Notes: a model not told the origin generated them from the letters alone. Positions 29,670 to 40,326 are shown, numbered from the stretch's first letter. The stretch is 64,000 nt of DNA from an uncultured Acidimicrobiaceae bacterium (GCA_963755655.1 CAVWKX010000002.1:44837-108836); one strand, 5' to 3'. Program-made: numbers and translations.

Positions 29670-30389
29670 TCAGGCCTCTGCGACCTGGAGTAACGCGTCT
29701 GCGACCTTCTCCGGCTCGGTGATCATCAGGTCGTGTCCGGTGTCGATGTCCCAGAGCCGGCCCTCGGCGCGGGCCGTCGCCATAAGGTCCGCGTCCCTGG
29801 TGGCCAGCGTCGAAGTGCAGACGATGTGGTATTGCGGAATGGCCCACAGCGCGGCCTCGTTCGTGAGCTCCAGTGGCTGCTCGAAGCATTTCCAGGGATG
29901 CGCTGTCAGCCGCTCGGCCATCCAGGCCAGGTCGTCGGGGTCCGTGACGCCGTAGAGCAGGCCGGCATCGGGTGCCGGGAGCAGGACCAGCTCCATGCCG
30001 TCGACGGTCTCACCGAAGGGGCGGACCGCATTGATGACGGGTCCGGCGACGTCGGCGAGTGACTGCCCGTTGAGCGGATTGGCGGCGTCGAGGAACACCA
30101 AGCGGCCTATCCGGTCCGTCACCCTGTCGGCCGTGCCGGTGATCACCATCCCGCCGTAGCTGTGCCCGACCAGAATCACGTCGCGCAGGTCTTCGAATTC
30201 GAGCACCGCCGCGATGTCCTCGATGTGACGGTGGAGATCCACCTCGGCGTTCAGCAGGTGGGCCCGCTCGCCCAAGCCGGTCATGGTCGGCGCGTAGACC
30301 ACGTGGCCCTGCGCCTGGAGGAGGCGGGCGACCCGCTGGTAACACCAGCCTCCGTGGCCGCCACCGTGCACGAGCACATAGGTCGCCAT
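29670..30389 (-). CDS. alpha/beta hydrolase (methylesterase/esterase-like)
   Basis: MATYVLVHGGGHGGW N-terminus and nucleophile elbow LVGHSYGG. Confidence 0.8.
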   Translation of the reverse strand: MATYVLVHGGGHGGWCYQRVARLLQAQGHVVYAPTMTGLGERAHLLNAEVDLHRHIEDIAAVLEFEDLRDVILVGHSYGGMVITGTADRVTDRIGRLVFLDAANPLNGQSLADVAGPVINAVRPFGETVDGMELVLLPAPDAGLLYGVTDPDDLAWMAERLTAHPWKCFEQPLELTNEAALWAIPQYHIVCTSTLATRDADLMATARAEGRLWDIDTGHDLMITEPEKVADALLQVAEA

Positions 30390-30512
30390 GCCCCTCCTCC
30401 TCATCTGCGCCCGACGCAGCCGCCTGGTGCGATCTGCGGGTCAACGTGACACTGCGTCTCGCTCGAAAGGGACTGACGCCGGCGGGGGTGCAACGTCAGA
30501 TCGACGGGGTCA

Positions 30513-30526
30513 TGGTAGCGATAACA
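30513..30526. promoter_or_regulatory. LacI-type CG-centred operator candidate TGGTAGCGATAACA
   Basis: Lies 27 nt upstream of GH2 ATG 30553. 5 of 7 half-site positions are symmetric. Confidence 0.4.
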
Positions 30527-30552
30527 TCCCTGGTGGCATAGGATGCCGCTCC

Positions 30553-33022
30553 ATGCGCCGCACCCCCTTCAACGACGGCTGGACGGTCGGAACCAAGGCG
30601 AACTCCTTTGCGGAGATGATCGCGGGAGCGGGCTCGGCGCCGCTGCCGGTGACCCTGCCCCACGACGCCATGATCGCCACCGAGAGGTCGCCCGCCGGGC
30701 ACGCGGCGACGGCGTATTTCCCGGCGGGCAGCTGGGAGTACAAGAAGTCGTTCGAGCTCTCGCCGAGCGACGCCGGGAGCGCCGTCTTCCTGGAGTTCGA
30801 CGGCGTCTACCGCGATGCGCTGGTGCGCGTGAACGACGCCATGGTCGCCCACCGGCCGGGCGGCTATTCGGACTTCACCGTCCAGGTCGACCATCTGTTG
30901 CGGTTCGGTGAGCCCAACGAGGTGAAGGTCGAGGCACGCGCCCACGACGACAGCCGGTGGTACTCGGGAGCCGGCATCTACCGCAGCGTCTGGTTGCTGC
31001 AGGCGGGCCGGGTCCATCTGGTGCCCGGCGGCCTGCAGCTGGTCACGCCGGAGATCGATGACGACGTGGCAATGGTGGCCGTCAGTGCCGAGGTGCGGAA
31101 CCAATCAGTGGGGACGTCGAACGCCGTCCTCCGCGTGGAGATCCTCGATGCGGACGGGAGGTGCGTCGCCACGGCGGAGGCGCCGGTCACGACGGTGCCG
31201 GGCGACGTCCTCACGGCCCGGCAACGGCTGTGTGTCCCTGCACCACACCGGTGGGGTCCCGACGATCCCTACCTCTACACGTGCCGGGCCAGCTTGCTGG
31301 AGGGCGACCGGGTGGTGGACGAGGAGTCGACGACGTTCGGGATCCGGACGTTGACGGCCGACCCCACGCGGGGATTGCGCATCAACGGGGAGCCCGTCCT
31401 GCTCCGCGGCGCCTGCGTCCACCACGACAACGGCCTGCTCGGTGCGGCCACCATCGACCGCGCCGAGGAACGACGGGTCGAGCTCCTCAAGGAGGCCGGG
31501 TTCAACGCGATCAGGAGTGCGCACAACCCCTTGAGCAAGCCGATGCTCGCGGCCTGTGATCGTCTCGGGATGCTCGTCATGGACGAGACCTTCGACATGT
31601 GGACGCAGCCGAAGAGCGAGCACGACTACGCCCTGCGCTTCCCCGACTGGTGGGAGGCGGACGTGGAAGCCATGGTCCGCAAGGACTTCAACCACCCGAG
31701 CGTGATCCTGTACAGCATCGGCAACGAGATCCCGGAGGCGGGGACGCCGATGGGTGCACGCGTCGGCCGTGCGCTGGCGGAGAAGATCCGGTCGCTCGAC
31801 ACCACGCGGTTCGTCACCGAAGGCATCAGCGGGCTCCTCGTCGGCGGTGCCGAGCTCTTCGCCCAGCTGGCCGAGAGCCGCGACAGTGCGGCGCGACCCG
31901 AGGAGAACCCGGACGAGGAGACGGGCGTGAACACCGCCATGACGCAGATCGCCGATCGGCTCAACGACCTGATGACGGCGCCGGTCGTGGCCAAGAACTC
32001 CGCCCAGACCGCCTCGTATCTCGACGTGGTCGGGTACAACTACATGGAGACGCGGTTCGCCATGGACGGCGAGCTCTATCCGAACCGCGTGATCGTCGGC
32101 AGCGAGACGCATCCCGCGGCGATCGACACCGGCTGGGCGGCGGTCCGCCGGCATGCCCACGTGATCGGGGACTTCACGTGGACCGGCTGGGACTACCTGG
32201 GCGAGGCCGGGATCGGCCGCACCGTCTACGGCCAGACCGGGTTCGACGCCCGGCATCCAGTCGTTCCTGGGCGAGTACCCGTGGCGGACCGCCTGGTGTG
32301 GCGACATCGACATCACGGGTCACCGGCGCCCCCAGTCGTACTACCGCGAGATCGTCTTCGGGCTGCGGGCGGACCCGTACCTCGCCGTGCAGCGACCCGA
32401 GCACCACGGCGAGGTCGGCGCCGGCACGCCGTGGTCCTGGAGCGACGTGGTGTCGAGCTGGAGCTGGGCCGGGCACGAGGGCGCGCCGGTGACGGTGGAG
32501 GTCTACGCCGATGCCGACGAGGTCGAGCTGCTCGTGAACGGCCGCTCGCGTGGGCCGGCAGCCGACCGGCGCGCGCGCACCGCTACCGGTCGGCGTTCGA
32601 GACAACGTACGAACCGGGCCTGCTGGAGGCCGTCGCCTGGCGCGACGGAACCGAACGCGGTCGCATGGCCATCCGCTCGGCCAAGGAGCGAGGTGCTGCT
32701 CGACGCCGACGTCGATCGCCCGGTCATCGCGGCCGATCCCGAAGACCTGGCCTTCGTGACCCTCGGTCTGGTCGACGGCGACGGCACGCTCCACGTGGTG
32801 CGCGACCGACGCGTCGACGTGCAGGTCGACGGGCCCGGCGTGCTGCAGGCCCTGGGCAGCGCGAACCCCGCCACCGAGGAAGGCTTCGCGGGGACGAGCT
32901 GCACCACCTTCGACGGGCGCGCCCTGGCCATCGTCCGGCCGACCGGCGCGGGGCGGATCACGCTCCGCGCCACGGCGGAAGGGTGCGAGCCGCAGCAGGT
33001 CGAGATCGATGCCCGCTCCTGA
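30553..33022 (+). pseudogene. GH2 glycoside hydrolase (beta-galactosidase-like), about 4 frameshifts in the last 800 nt
   Basis: Intact to about 32250 (NHPSVILYSIGNEIPE, WTGWDYLGEAGIG). Blocks YPWRTAWCGDIDITGHRRPQSYY, HRYRSAFETTYEPGLLEAVAW and DLAFVTLGLVDGDG then lie in alternating frames. Confidence 0.8.
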
Positions 33023-33040
33023 GCTGCGAGCGGGTCGGCC

Positions 33041-34032
33041 GTGACCTGGGAGCTGCGCTGGCATCCGTTCCGCGGCCAGTGGGTCCTCTTCACGTCCCAC
33101 CGGGACGCCCGGCCCTGGATCGGCGAGATCGCGGCCCCGGAGGAACCACCGGTCCCCGACGACAACGCGCTGGCGCCCCTCGGCACGCGGCTGCACGGGA
33201 CCAATCCCGACTACCGGGGGGTCTACGTGTTCACGAACGACCTCCCGGTGTTCTCGCCGGACGCGCCGGTGCCCGAGTCCGAGCCGAGCGGACGACGTCT
33301 ACCGGACACGGCGCGCCGCTGGGCACGGCCGAGGTCGTCTGCTACCACCACGACCCCACCCGCTCGATGGCCGACCTCACCGACGACGAGATGGCGGCCA
33401 TCGTCACCACCTGGCGCGATCGCACGGAGGCGTTGCAGGGGCAGGAGGGCGTGGCGCACGTCCTCATCTTCGAGAACCGGGGCGCCATGGTCGGCACCTC
33501 GAATCCGCACCCGCACTGCCAGATCTACGCCGGCTCGATGGTGTACGCCACCATGGCCCGCGAGGCGGAGGTGGCGCGCGAGCACCACCGGCGGACGGGG
33601 CGCTCGCTGCTGGCCGAGGTGATCGAGCGGGAGGCGGACGGGCCCCGCGTCGTCAGCGAGGGTGACCATTTCTTCGCCTGCGTCCCGTGGTTCGCGCAGT
33701 ACGCCTACGAGGTGCACATCCTGCCGCGGCGGCCCGTGACGTCACTGGTGGACCTCGACGAGGACGAATGCCGTTCGCTCGGGCTCGTCCTGCGCGACGT
33801 GGTGCGGCGCTACGACGCGTTGTGGGGCTTTCGCCTGCCCTACGTCCTGGCGGTGCATCAGGCCCCCGTCGGCGACCATCCGCACTACCCGTTCCATCTG
33901 GAGCTGCACCCGCCGCTCCGGGCTCCGGGCCTGCGCAAGTACCTGGCCGGTCCCGAGGTGGGCGGCGGCTCCATGACCAACGAGTCGGACCCCGACCAGA
34001 AGGCGGAGGAGCTCCGTGCCGCCCTCGCCTGA
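33041..34032 (+). pseudogene. galT: galactose-1-phosphate uridylyltransferase, 1-2 frameshifts near 33290-33320
   Basis: GTG 33041 gives TWELRWHPFRGQWV. The HPHCQIYAG (HxHxQ) block sits in the frame of the 30388..34032 run-on ORF. Confidence 0.8.
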
Positions 34033-34940
34033 GGAGGCCCGCCGGCTCCTCTGCGCGCTCGGCGAGCACGTGCGCGACCTCGTCGTCGGCTCCCGGGGCA
34101 TGGACATGGCGGCGGTGGCGGGGGAGACGGTGGCCGACACCATCTACGCCATCGACCGGGTGGCGGACGACGCGCTCCTGCAGTGGTTCGAGGAGCACTG
34201 GCCTGACGTCGTGGTCGTCTCCGAAGGGCTCGACGAGCCCGTCCAGGTCGGGAGCAGCCACGCCTGGACCGTGATCGTCGACACCATCGACGGCACGCGG
34301 GGGCTGATGTACGACAAGCGACCGGCCTGGTGCCTGGCCGCCGCGGCGCCGCCGGGCGGCGGTCTGGCGGACATCGTCGCGGCGGCCATGACCGAACTGC
34401 CCACGGCCAAGCAGGGCGCGGCCGACCAGTTGAGCGCCACCCGTGGCGGCGGCCTGCGGGCCGAGCGCGTCGACCTCGCCCGCGGCGGGCGACAGCGCGC
34501 TGGACGTCCGGCCGTCCGCGGCGACGGACCTCGAGCACAGCTTCAGCGGTCTGGCGAAGTTCTTCCTCCCCGGCAAGACGGCCCTGGCCGCGCTCGAGGC
34601 CGAGCTGTTCCGGAGGCTGGGCGAGACCCAGGTCTTCGACGACCAGTACCTCTCGACCGGCGGGCAGCTCCACGAGCTGATCACGGGCCGGGACCGCTTC
34701 GTCGCCGACCTGCGCCCGCTCGTCACGGACGACGGTCTGGCCTGCCATCCCTACGACGTCTGCACGTCCTTGTTGCTCGAAGAAGTGGGTGGCGTCGTCA
34801 CCGATCCCTGGGGCGACCCGTTGGCCGTGCCGTTGGACAACGTGACCCCGGTCGCCTGGGTCGGCTACGCCAACGAGGCGCTGGCGGCGCGGATCGGCCC
34901 CGTGCTGGCGGAGCTGGTGGACGAGCTGCGTGCGGGGTAG
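34016..34940 (+). pseudogene. inositol-monophosphatase/FBPase-fold protein, 1 frameshift near 34480
   Basis: VDTIDGTRG (DPIDGT-like) is in ORF 34016..35203. The C-terminal HPYDVC...WVGYANEAL is in ORF 34443..34940. Its start overlaps the galT end. Confidence 0.65.
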
Positions 34941-36038
34941 CGCGCCCGGGCGTCTCGACCTCCTCGGTGGGGTGGCGGACTACTCGGGCGCGCTCGTGCT
35001 CGAAATGCCGACCCGCCAGCGCACCGAGGTCGTCGCCCATCCCGACGACGCGTTGGTCGTCGGCCCCGTCACCTTCCGCCGCGCCGATCTCGAGCGCCTG
35101 GCCGGCCTCCCCTTCGCCGCTCTGCGCCGGGAGCTGGCCGCGTGTCCCCGCTGGACGCAGTACGTCGTCGGTGTCGCCCTGGTGCTGGTGCGCCACGGGG
35201 TGATCGAGGCCCCTCTGGTCCGGCTCGAGATCACCTCGGACCTCCCGGTGTCGGTGGGAGTCGCCTCGAGCGCGGCGCTCGAGGTGGCGACGGCCCGAGC
35301 CCTCGGCGCAGCGGCACGTCGAGCCGCTCCGCCTGGCGGCGCTGTGCCAGGAGGCGGAGAACCACGTGGTCGGCGCGCCCTGCGGGATCATGGATCAGGT
35401 CGCAGTGGTGTCGGGCACGGCCGACGCCGTGCTGCCGATTCTGTGCCGGCCGGCGTCGGTGGCGGATCCGGTCGCGTTGCCGGCGGGGCTCGAGATCGTC
35501 GGCTGGCCGACGGGCGCTCCCCACAACGTCGGCGGCGTGCCGTACGGGCGAGCCCGCGCCGCCGCCTTCATGGGCAAGCGCATGGTGGAGGGCGCCGCCG
35601 GGCGCGCACGTGGCCCTGGGTGAGCCAGCTGCCGCGGCCGGCGGTGGCAGGACGCTGCCGGACGTGCTCGAGGGCCGGGCCTTCCTGGAGGAGTGGGGCG
35701 ACACCGACGACGACGTCACCGTCGGTGCGACCAGGACGAGACGTATCCAGTGCGGGCCGCCACGTTGTTCGGCGTCGAGGAGCACGTGCGGGCCGTGGCC
35801 GCGCTGGCGGCATTGCGCGACGGGGAGCCGGAGCGTCTCGGGCCGCTGATGGAGGCCAGCCAGGACGGGTACGACGCCATGGGCCTGGGCCATCCGAGCG
35901 CGACGGCGATCGTCGAGGAGGCGTTGGCCCGTCCCGGCGTGCTCGGCGCGCCGCTCCAGTGGGGGCGGCTGCGGTGGCACCGTGGTGGTCCTGTGCGTGC
36001 GTGGCGCGTTGGACGACGTGGACGGGCTCATCCGCTGA
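34930..36038 (+). pseudogene. GHMP-family sugar kinase (galactokinase-like), at least 4 frameshifts
   Basis: APGRLDLLGGVADYSGALVLEMP, PVSVGVASSAALEVA, GAPCGIMDQ and a C-terminal block in ORF 35693..36172. Its start overlaps the previous gene. Confidence 0.7.
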
Positions 36039-36540
36039 GTGGCTGCGTCCGGCGAGCGGGATGTCCACGGGCGGAGCGGCTACCCGAGGACCAGTGGAAT
36101 CGGATATCGGGTGCGTTCTCTTCGTTGTCGCCGTCGGTTGCTCCGACTGGCACGAACCCGTGGCGCCGGTAGAAGGTCCGTGCCCTCGAGTTCGATCGAA
36201 ACGTCCACAGGTCCAGCTTCCCGTCGCTGAACTGCTTGGCGTGCTCCAGCAAGGCCGAGCCGCAGCCGCATGCCCGTTCGGTCGGGGTCGACGTAGAGCT
36301 GGTCGACCCAGTCTCCCTCCAGGACGAGGAGCGCCACGAGCCGCCGCCCTGCGTCCATGACCCACGTGCCGCCCTTCGGGATCACCTCGGATGCGAACCA
36401 GGACAGCACCTCTTCGGCGTCGTGGACGGGAGCGGGGATGGCCGGGATGGATGCCATGCGGGCTACGGACCCAAAGGCCGGCGACGCGCCGGAGCATCGT
36501 GCCGATGAGCGAGGCGGATGGCGCGTGGCGGGCATTCCCT
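36028..36540 (-). pseudogene. GNAT family N-acetyltransferase, frameshifted
   Basis: QLYVDPDRTGMGCGSALLEHAKQF is only reconstituted across two frames (ORFs 36080..36652 and 36028..36252). The N-terminal end is uncertain. Confidence 0.55.
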
Positions 36541-36615
36541 TCCACCCTCCCAGCCTGCCTCGACGCGGCCCACCGTGCTGGCGCCCTGCCGTCTGCACGG
36601 TGATTGCGCACCACG

Positions 36616-36972
36616 ATGTCGCAGCGACCGGCAAGACTGCCTCCCATGGCATTCGGGCAGCAGCAAGGACCGCCGGCGACGGGGCGACAGGTGCAGGAGC
36701 TGTTGGCTCTGCTGCAAGAAGCCGGGCACAGCGACTTCCGAGATGCGCGCGGTCCGATGGGGTTCACCCAACGGCAGGCTGGAGGCAAGTTCACCCGCGC
36801 CGAGGCGGATGCACTCCTGGAGCAGTTGCGTGACCAGGAGCCGGAAGTAGAGAAGGCGATCGAGGTCCCGATATGGCGGCGGTCGGTCCAAGACGACGTA
36901 CTGAGTCAGATTCCCGCCGAACGGCTCGCCATCGAACTTCGCCGCCGCGGCTGGACGGTCGCCGAACCGTAA
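36616..36972 (+). CDS. hypothetical protein
   Basis: Coding-like composition (ELLALLQEAGHSDFRDARGPMGFTQRQAGGKFTRAEADALLEQL). No domain recognised. ATG 36616 or 36646. Confidence 0.5.
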   Translation: MSQRPARLPPMAFGQQQGPPATGRQVQELLALLQEAGHSDFRDARGPMGFTQRQAGGKFTRAEADALLEQLRDQEPEVEKAIEVPIWRRSVQDDVLSQIPAERLAIELRRRGWTVAEP

Positions 36973-37318
36973 AGCTTCCGGCGAGCGGGGGGTCGTCGGT
37001 CAGTTCGGATGAGACAGGCTGTACCGTTTCAGCCGTGAAGCGCGGTGGGCTCCCTTACGCTCTCCTGGGCGTGCTGTGAGCGGCCGTCGGCATCGCTGCC
37101 GGCCTTGGGGCGGCGGCCTCGCCGGAACGGGCCATACCTCCGAATCGTCCACGAACTGTTTCGGTCGCTCCTTGCCGATCGAGCGCTCACTCCGCTTGTT
37201 CATACGTGATCTCGACTCGCTGGCAGTCGGCACCCTGACACGGCCAGATCACACTGAGCCCCAACCGAGCGGGGAGACGCCGGCGGGAACTCGCTAGCGT
37301 TCGGGCGGGAGGCACGCC

Positions 37319-38509
37319 ATGGTGGACGAGCGCTCGCTGCAGGGTCACTGCAGGCAACTGGTCGAGGACCTGATCGCCCGGAACGCCCTCTGGTCGGAGC
37401 CGGTGCGGCAAGCCTTTCTCGCGGTGCCCCGCCACCCCTTCGTTCCCCGGTCTCCGGTCGACGAGGCCTACAGGGTTGACCGGGCCATCCCGACGCATTT
37501 CGACGAACGCGGCGTCTCGATCTCTTCCTCGAGTGCGCCCACCATCATGGCGATCATGTTGGAGCTGCTCAATGCGGCACCGGGCCAACGGGTCCTCGAG
37601 ATCGGAGCCGGGACCGGCTACAACGCAGCCTTGCTCTCCCACCTGGTGGGTGAAGCAGGCGCTGTCACCTCCATCGACATCGACGAAGAGGTGGCGCGAG
37701 AAGCGTCGCACCACCTCGCCGAGGTGGGTGCATCACGGGTCGAGGTCCTCTGCCAGGACGGCTGGTTGGGCGAGGCTCGCAACGCTCCGTTCGAGCGCAT
37801 GATCGCCACGGTCGAGTGCTGGGACATCTCACCCCATTGGCACCGCCAGCTCACCGATGGTGGCGTCCTCGTCCTGCCCTTGGCGCTCGGACCCGGGCTC
37901 ACCCTGGCGGTCGCCTTCGAGAAGGTCGGACAGAGCCTCGAGAGCATGTCGATGGCCTACTGCGGCTTCATGCCGCTTCGTGGACCTCATGCGGGCCCGG
38001 AGAACCGGACGTTGGTATCGCGGTGGGATGCCATGGTTGCCGATCGTCGGGAGGAGTCCAGGTGGCTGGCGGTGGTGCCCGAGGCGACTCCGGAACGGTG
38101 TGACGCCCTTCGGGAGCTGCTGGCCGGCGGTGTCACCCGAAGGGTGGCGGCACCTCGACTGGTTGCGGGCTGGAACGTGCGCCTCGTTCTCGAAGAGCCC
38201 GATCCGATCCATCTCTTCGAGGTCGGGGGCACGCCGCCCCGCAATGCCATGGGCCTCTTCGATCCTGATCGACGGAGCCTGGCCGTGGTCGAGGGCGAAT
38301 CGATCATTTCATTCGGTGCGGAGACATGCCTTGAACGCGTGGTCGATCGCCTCACGACGGGCGAGCCATTCGACCTGCGGGAGCTCCAGATCACCGCCAC
38401 GCCGAGTCGACCCGGTCGTGGGGGCGCCGCTCTCCTTCGCCGCCCGCATATCGACTTGGCGCTCAGCTCTCGACAGGCGCCATCCTCACGTCGGAAATCG
38501 CCCAACTAG
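37319..38509 (+). CDS. protein-L-isoaspartate O-methyltransferase (PIMT) homolog with ~180-aa C-terminal extension (RiPP-associated type)
   Basis: GGGAGG lies 7 nt upstream of the ATG. PIMT blocks AFLAVPRHPFVP and the SAM motif VLEIGAGTGYNAALL. At 396 aa it is far longer than canonical PIMT (~210 aa). Confidence 0.85.
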   Translation: MVDERSLQGHCRQLVEDLIARNALWSEPVRQAFLAVPRHPFVPRSPVDEAYRVDRAIPTHFDERGVSISSSSAPTIMAIMLELLNAAPGQRVLEIGAGTGYNAALLSHLVGEAGAVTSIDIDEEVAREASHHLAEVGASRVEVLCQDGWLGEARNAPFERMIATVECWDISPHWHRQLTDGGVLVLPLALGPGLTLAVAFEKVGQSLESMSMAYCGFMPLRGPHAGPENRTLVSRWDAMVADRREESRWLAVVPEATPERCDALRELLAGGVTRRVAAPRLVAGWNVRLVLEEPDPIHLFEVGGTPPRNAMGLFDPDRRSLAVVEGESIISFGAETCLERVVDRLTTGEPFDLRELQITATPSRPGRGGAALLRRPHIDLALSSRQAPSSRRKSPN

Positions 38510-38856
38510 CTGCTGGACGCCCGGCATCGGATGCACGTGCGGGCTGTCGGCAGCGCGACCAGGCGTTCCTGCGGGATCGCAGCGCCACACTGTTCGCACA
38601 CACCGTACGTGCCGTCTGCGATCCGCCCTTGAGCACGTGCAAGTTCTTCCAGATACATACGTCCTTGGGCCAAGAGTGTGGAGACCCTCGCTCGTTCGAA
38701 GGCGACCGTCGAACCCTCGGGGTCATGTTCGTCGTCAGAGTTGGCGTGAGCGGTCCCCGCAACGATGTCGTCGAATTCGGCACTCAATGCCTCGATCCGA
38801 GCGGTGGTCGACTCCTTCTCCGCCTGGACGAGGTCTGATGGGCTCAGTTCGGTCAT
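38506..38856 (-). CDS. TraR/DksA family C4-type zinc-finger protein
   Basis: CEQCGAAIPQERLVALPTARTCIRC (CxxC-n17-CxxC) preceded by a coiled-coil-like region. Confidence 0.85.
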   Translation of the reverse strand: MTELSPSDLVQAEKESTTARIEALSAEFDDIVAGTAHANSDDEHDPEGSTVAFERARVSTLLAQGRMYLEELARAQGRIADGTYGVCEQCGAAIPQERLVALPTARTCIRCRASSS

Positions 38857-38909
38857 GCCGTCAGTCCCCGGGAGCTGGGGCTCGGATCGCTTCGTCGGAG
38901 TTTGCCGAT

Positions 38910-39140
38910 GTGTTCCCTCCGATCCGGCGGCGAGTCGTTAGTGTCAATGCGGTGGAGCCTAACGGGACGCGCGACAACTTCCCCGTGCACATCACCAAGG
39001 GGCATGAGGCTGAGGCACTGGCGGCCCAGCGGAGGGAGAAGCCGAGCCGTCTGGGCAAAGCCGTCTTGAAGCTGTTGGGGTTCAAGGGCGAGGTTGGCTG
39101 TGACCACGTCGGGGGCGCAAAGAAGAATCCAGACAGGTGA
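38910..39140 (+). CDS. possible small hypothetical protein
   Basis: GTG 38910 lies 9 nt after GGAG. This tail of the otherwise spurious ORF 37857..39140 has strong GC3 bias. No known motif. Confidence 0.25.
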   Translation: MFPPIRRRVVSVNAVEPNGTRDNFPVHITKGHEAEALAAQRREKPSRLGKAVLKLLGFKGEVGCDHVGGAKKNPDR

Positions 39141-39353
39141 CTACGACGGGGTGAAGCGAAGACCCCCCAACTTCCCATCGCGGTTTTCTCACAGCGTTCC
39201 GGAGGCGTGGTGAGCGTTCGGCCGAATCCGCCCAGCTTCGGTGGGTCGTCAACCGATGAAGGCGTCGTCGAGGTCGAGTTGTCGCGAAATTGGGTGAAAG
39301 GGTCCGTTGGTAGGGGTGTGCTTTCGCCAGCGGATTCGTAACCTGGACGCACC

Positions 39354-39671
39354 ATGGACAAAGAGACGATTGCGCGGGCAACCAAGCTGCTGGCCAAGGC
39401 ACAAGCCACGACCTTCGATGGTGAAGCCGCCGCCCTTGCGGGGAAGGCCTACCGACTGCTGGCGGATGCGCTCAATGCCCACGACGACCAAGCTGCATCG
39501 GCCGGAGCCGCGCGGAAGAGGGAGCGCCGTCACCTGGCCGACCGCAGATCGTCCTCAGGGTCCTCCGTTCAGGGCGTGCCTCGTCGCAACGCGGAGCAAA
39601 CGACGATCGACACCCGCCGTATCAACTACATCGACCTGGCTCCCCGAGGTCAGGTCGATCTGAGGATCTGA
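39354..39671 (+). CDS. DUF2786-like protein
   Basis: N-terminus ATKLLAKAQATTFDGEAAALAGKAYRLL matches the DUF2786 signature. Confidence 0.65.
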   Translation: MDKETIARATKLLAKAQATTFDGEAAALAGKAYRLLADALNAHDDQAASAGAARKRERRHLADRRSSSGSSVQGVPRRNAEQTTIDTRRINYIDLAPRGQVDLRI

Positions 39672-39757
39672 CGGCCATCACACTGCGGAGCGGTCAATGT
39701 CTTTGTCCCGTGGTGCCAGACCGCCGCGATGATCTGGGTCACCTTGTGGCGTGGGAG

Positions 39758-40269
39758 TCAATCCGACCCAGTGGCGGCGAAGAGGGATTTGTACATCTCC
39801 GCCATCTCGGGGACTTGATAGTGGGCCTGGAGTCCGCTCGGGTTGGGGAGAAGCCACAGAAGAGCACCGCCGAGGAGTTCGGGCTGGAGACCGATTGTCG
39901 CCTTTGGTCTGGAGAACGCCGTCCGGTATGCCTGGAGCCCGAGGACCGCGACGCAGCGGGGCCGCAACATCTCCACCTTGGCCTCCAGCAGCGTTGCGCC
40001 TCCGCGCAGTTCGGAGCCGCTGACCTCGCTGGCGGCGGCGGTCACCCGCCCCACGAGGTTCGTGATGCCGATACCCAGTGCGGGCAAGATGGGCTGTTCG
40101 TCTGGAGAGAGAACTGTCCTAGTGAACCCACCGGCGCAGAGCAACTTCCAGAACCGGTTCCCACGCCGGGCGAAATGCAGGCCGAGCTCCCCCGAAAGTG
40201 TCCCGGGATTGATTCCACAGAAGAGACGCGCAGGTCGGGACCGACCAGATCGGCAAGAGCCTGTTCCAT
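39758..40269 (-). pseudogene. mug: G/U mismatch-specific DNA glycosylase (Mug), 1 frameshift near 40222
   Basis: ATG 40269 gives MEQALADLVGPDLRV, then the frame shifts to LFCGINPG...NRFWKLL...LLPNPSG. Confidence 0.75.
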
Positions 40270-40326
40270 ACTGCGAGAAGGTATCCGGCAGGTCGAGATG
40301 CGCGCTGACCGGGCGAGAGGAGAGGC

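Noticed and set aside
30388-34032. A 1214-aa ORF that could be read as a giant GH2-GalT fusion protein.
   Set aside because: The middle ~400 residues are Arg/Gly/Pro-rich out-of-frame read-through. The real GH2 C-terminus, with a stop at 33022, lies in other frames. galT has its own GTG at 33041. The long ORF exists only because stop codons are rare in GC-rich DNA.
37000-37297. Small ORFs 37076..37297 (+) and 37000..37233 (-) as a definite RiPP precursor for the PIMT homolog.
   Set aside because: Neither has a convincing RBS or decisive codon bias. They overlap each other on opposite strands, and I know of no matching precursor motif. I keep them only as candidates inside the methyltransferase finding.
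38857-39353. A tRNA or structured ncRNA in the A/T-richer gap between the DksA-like and DUF2786 genes.
   Set aside because: I found no cloverleaf-compatible arms or extended conserved-looking stems, only a weak 4-bp hairpin.
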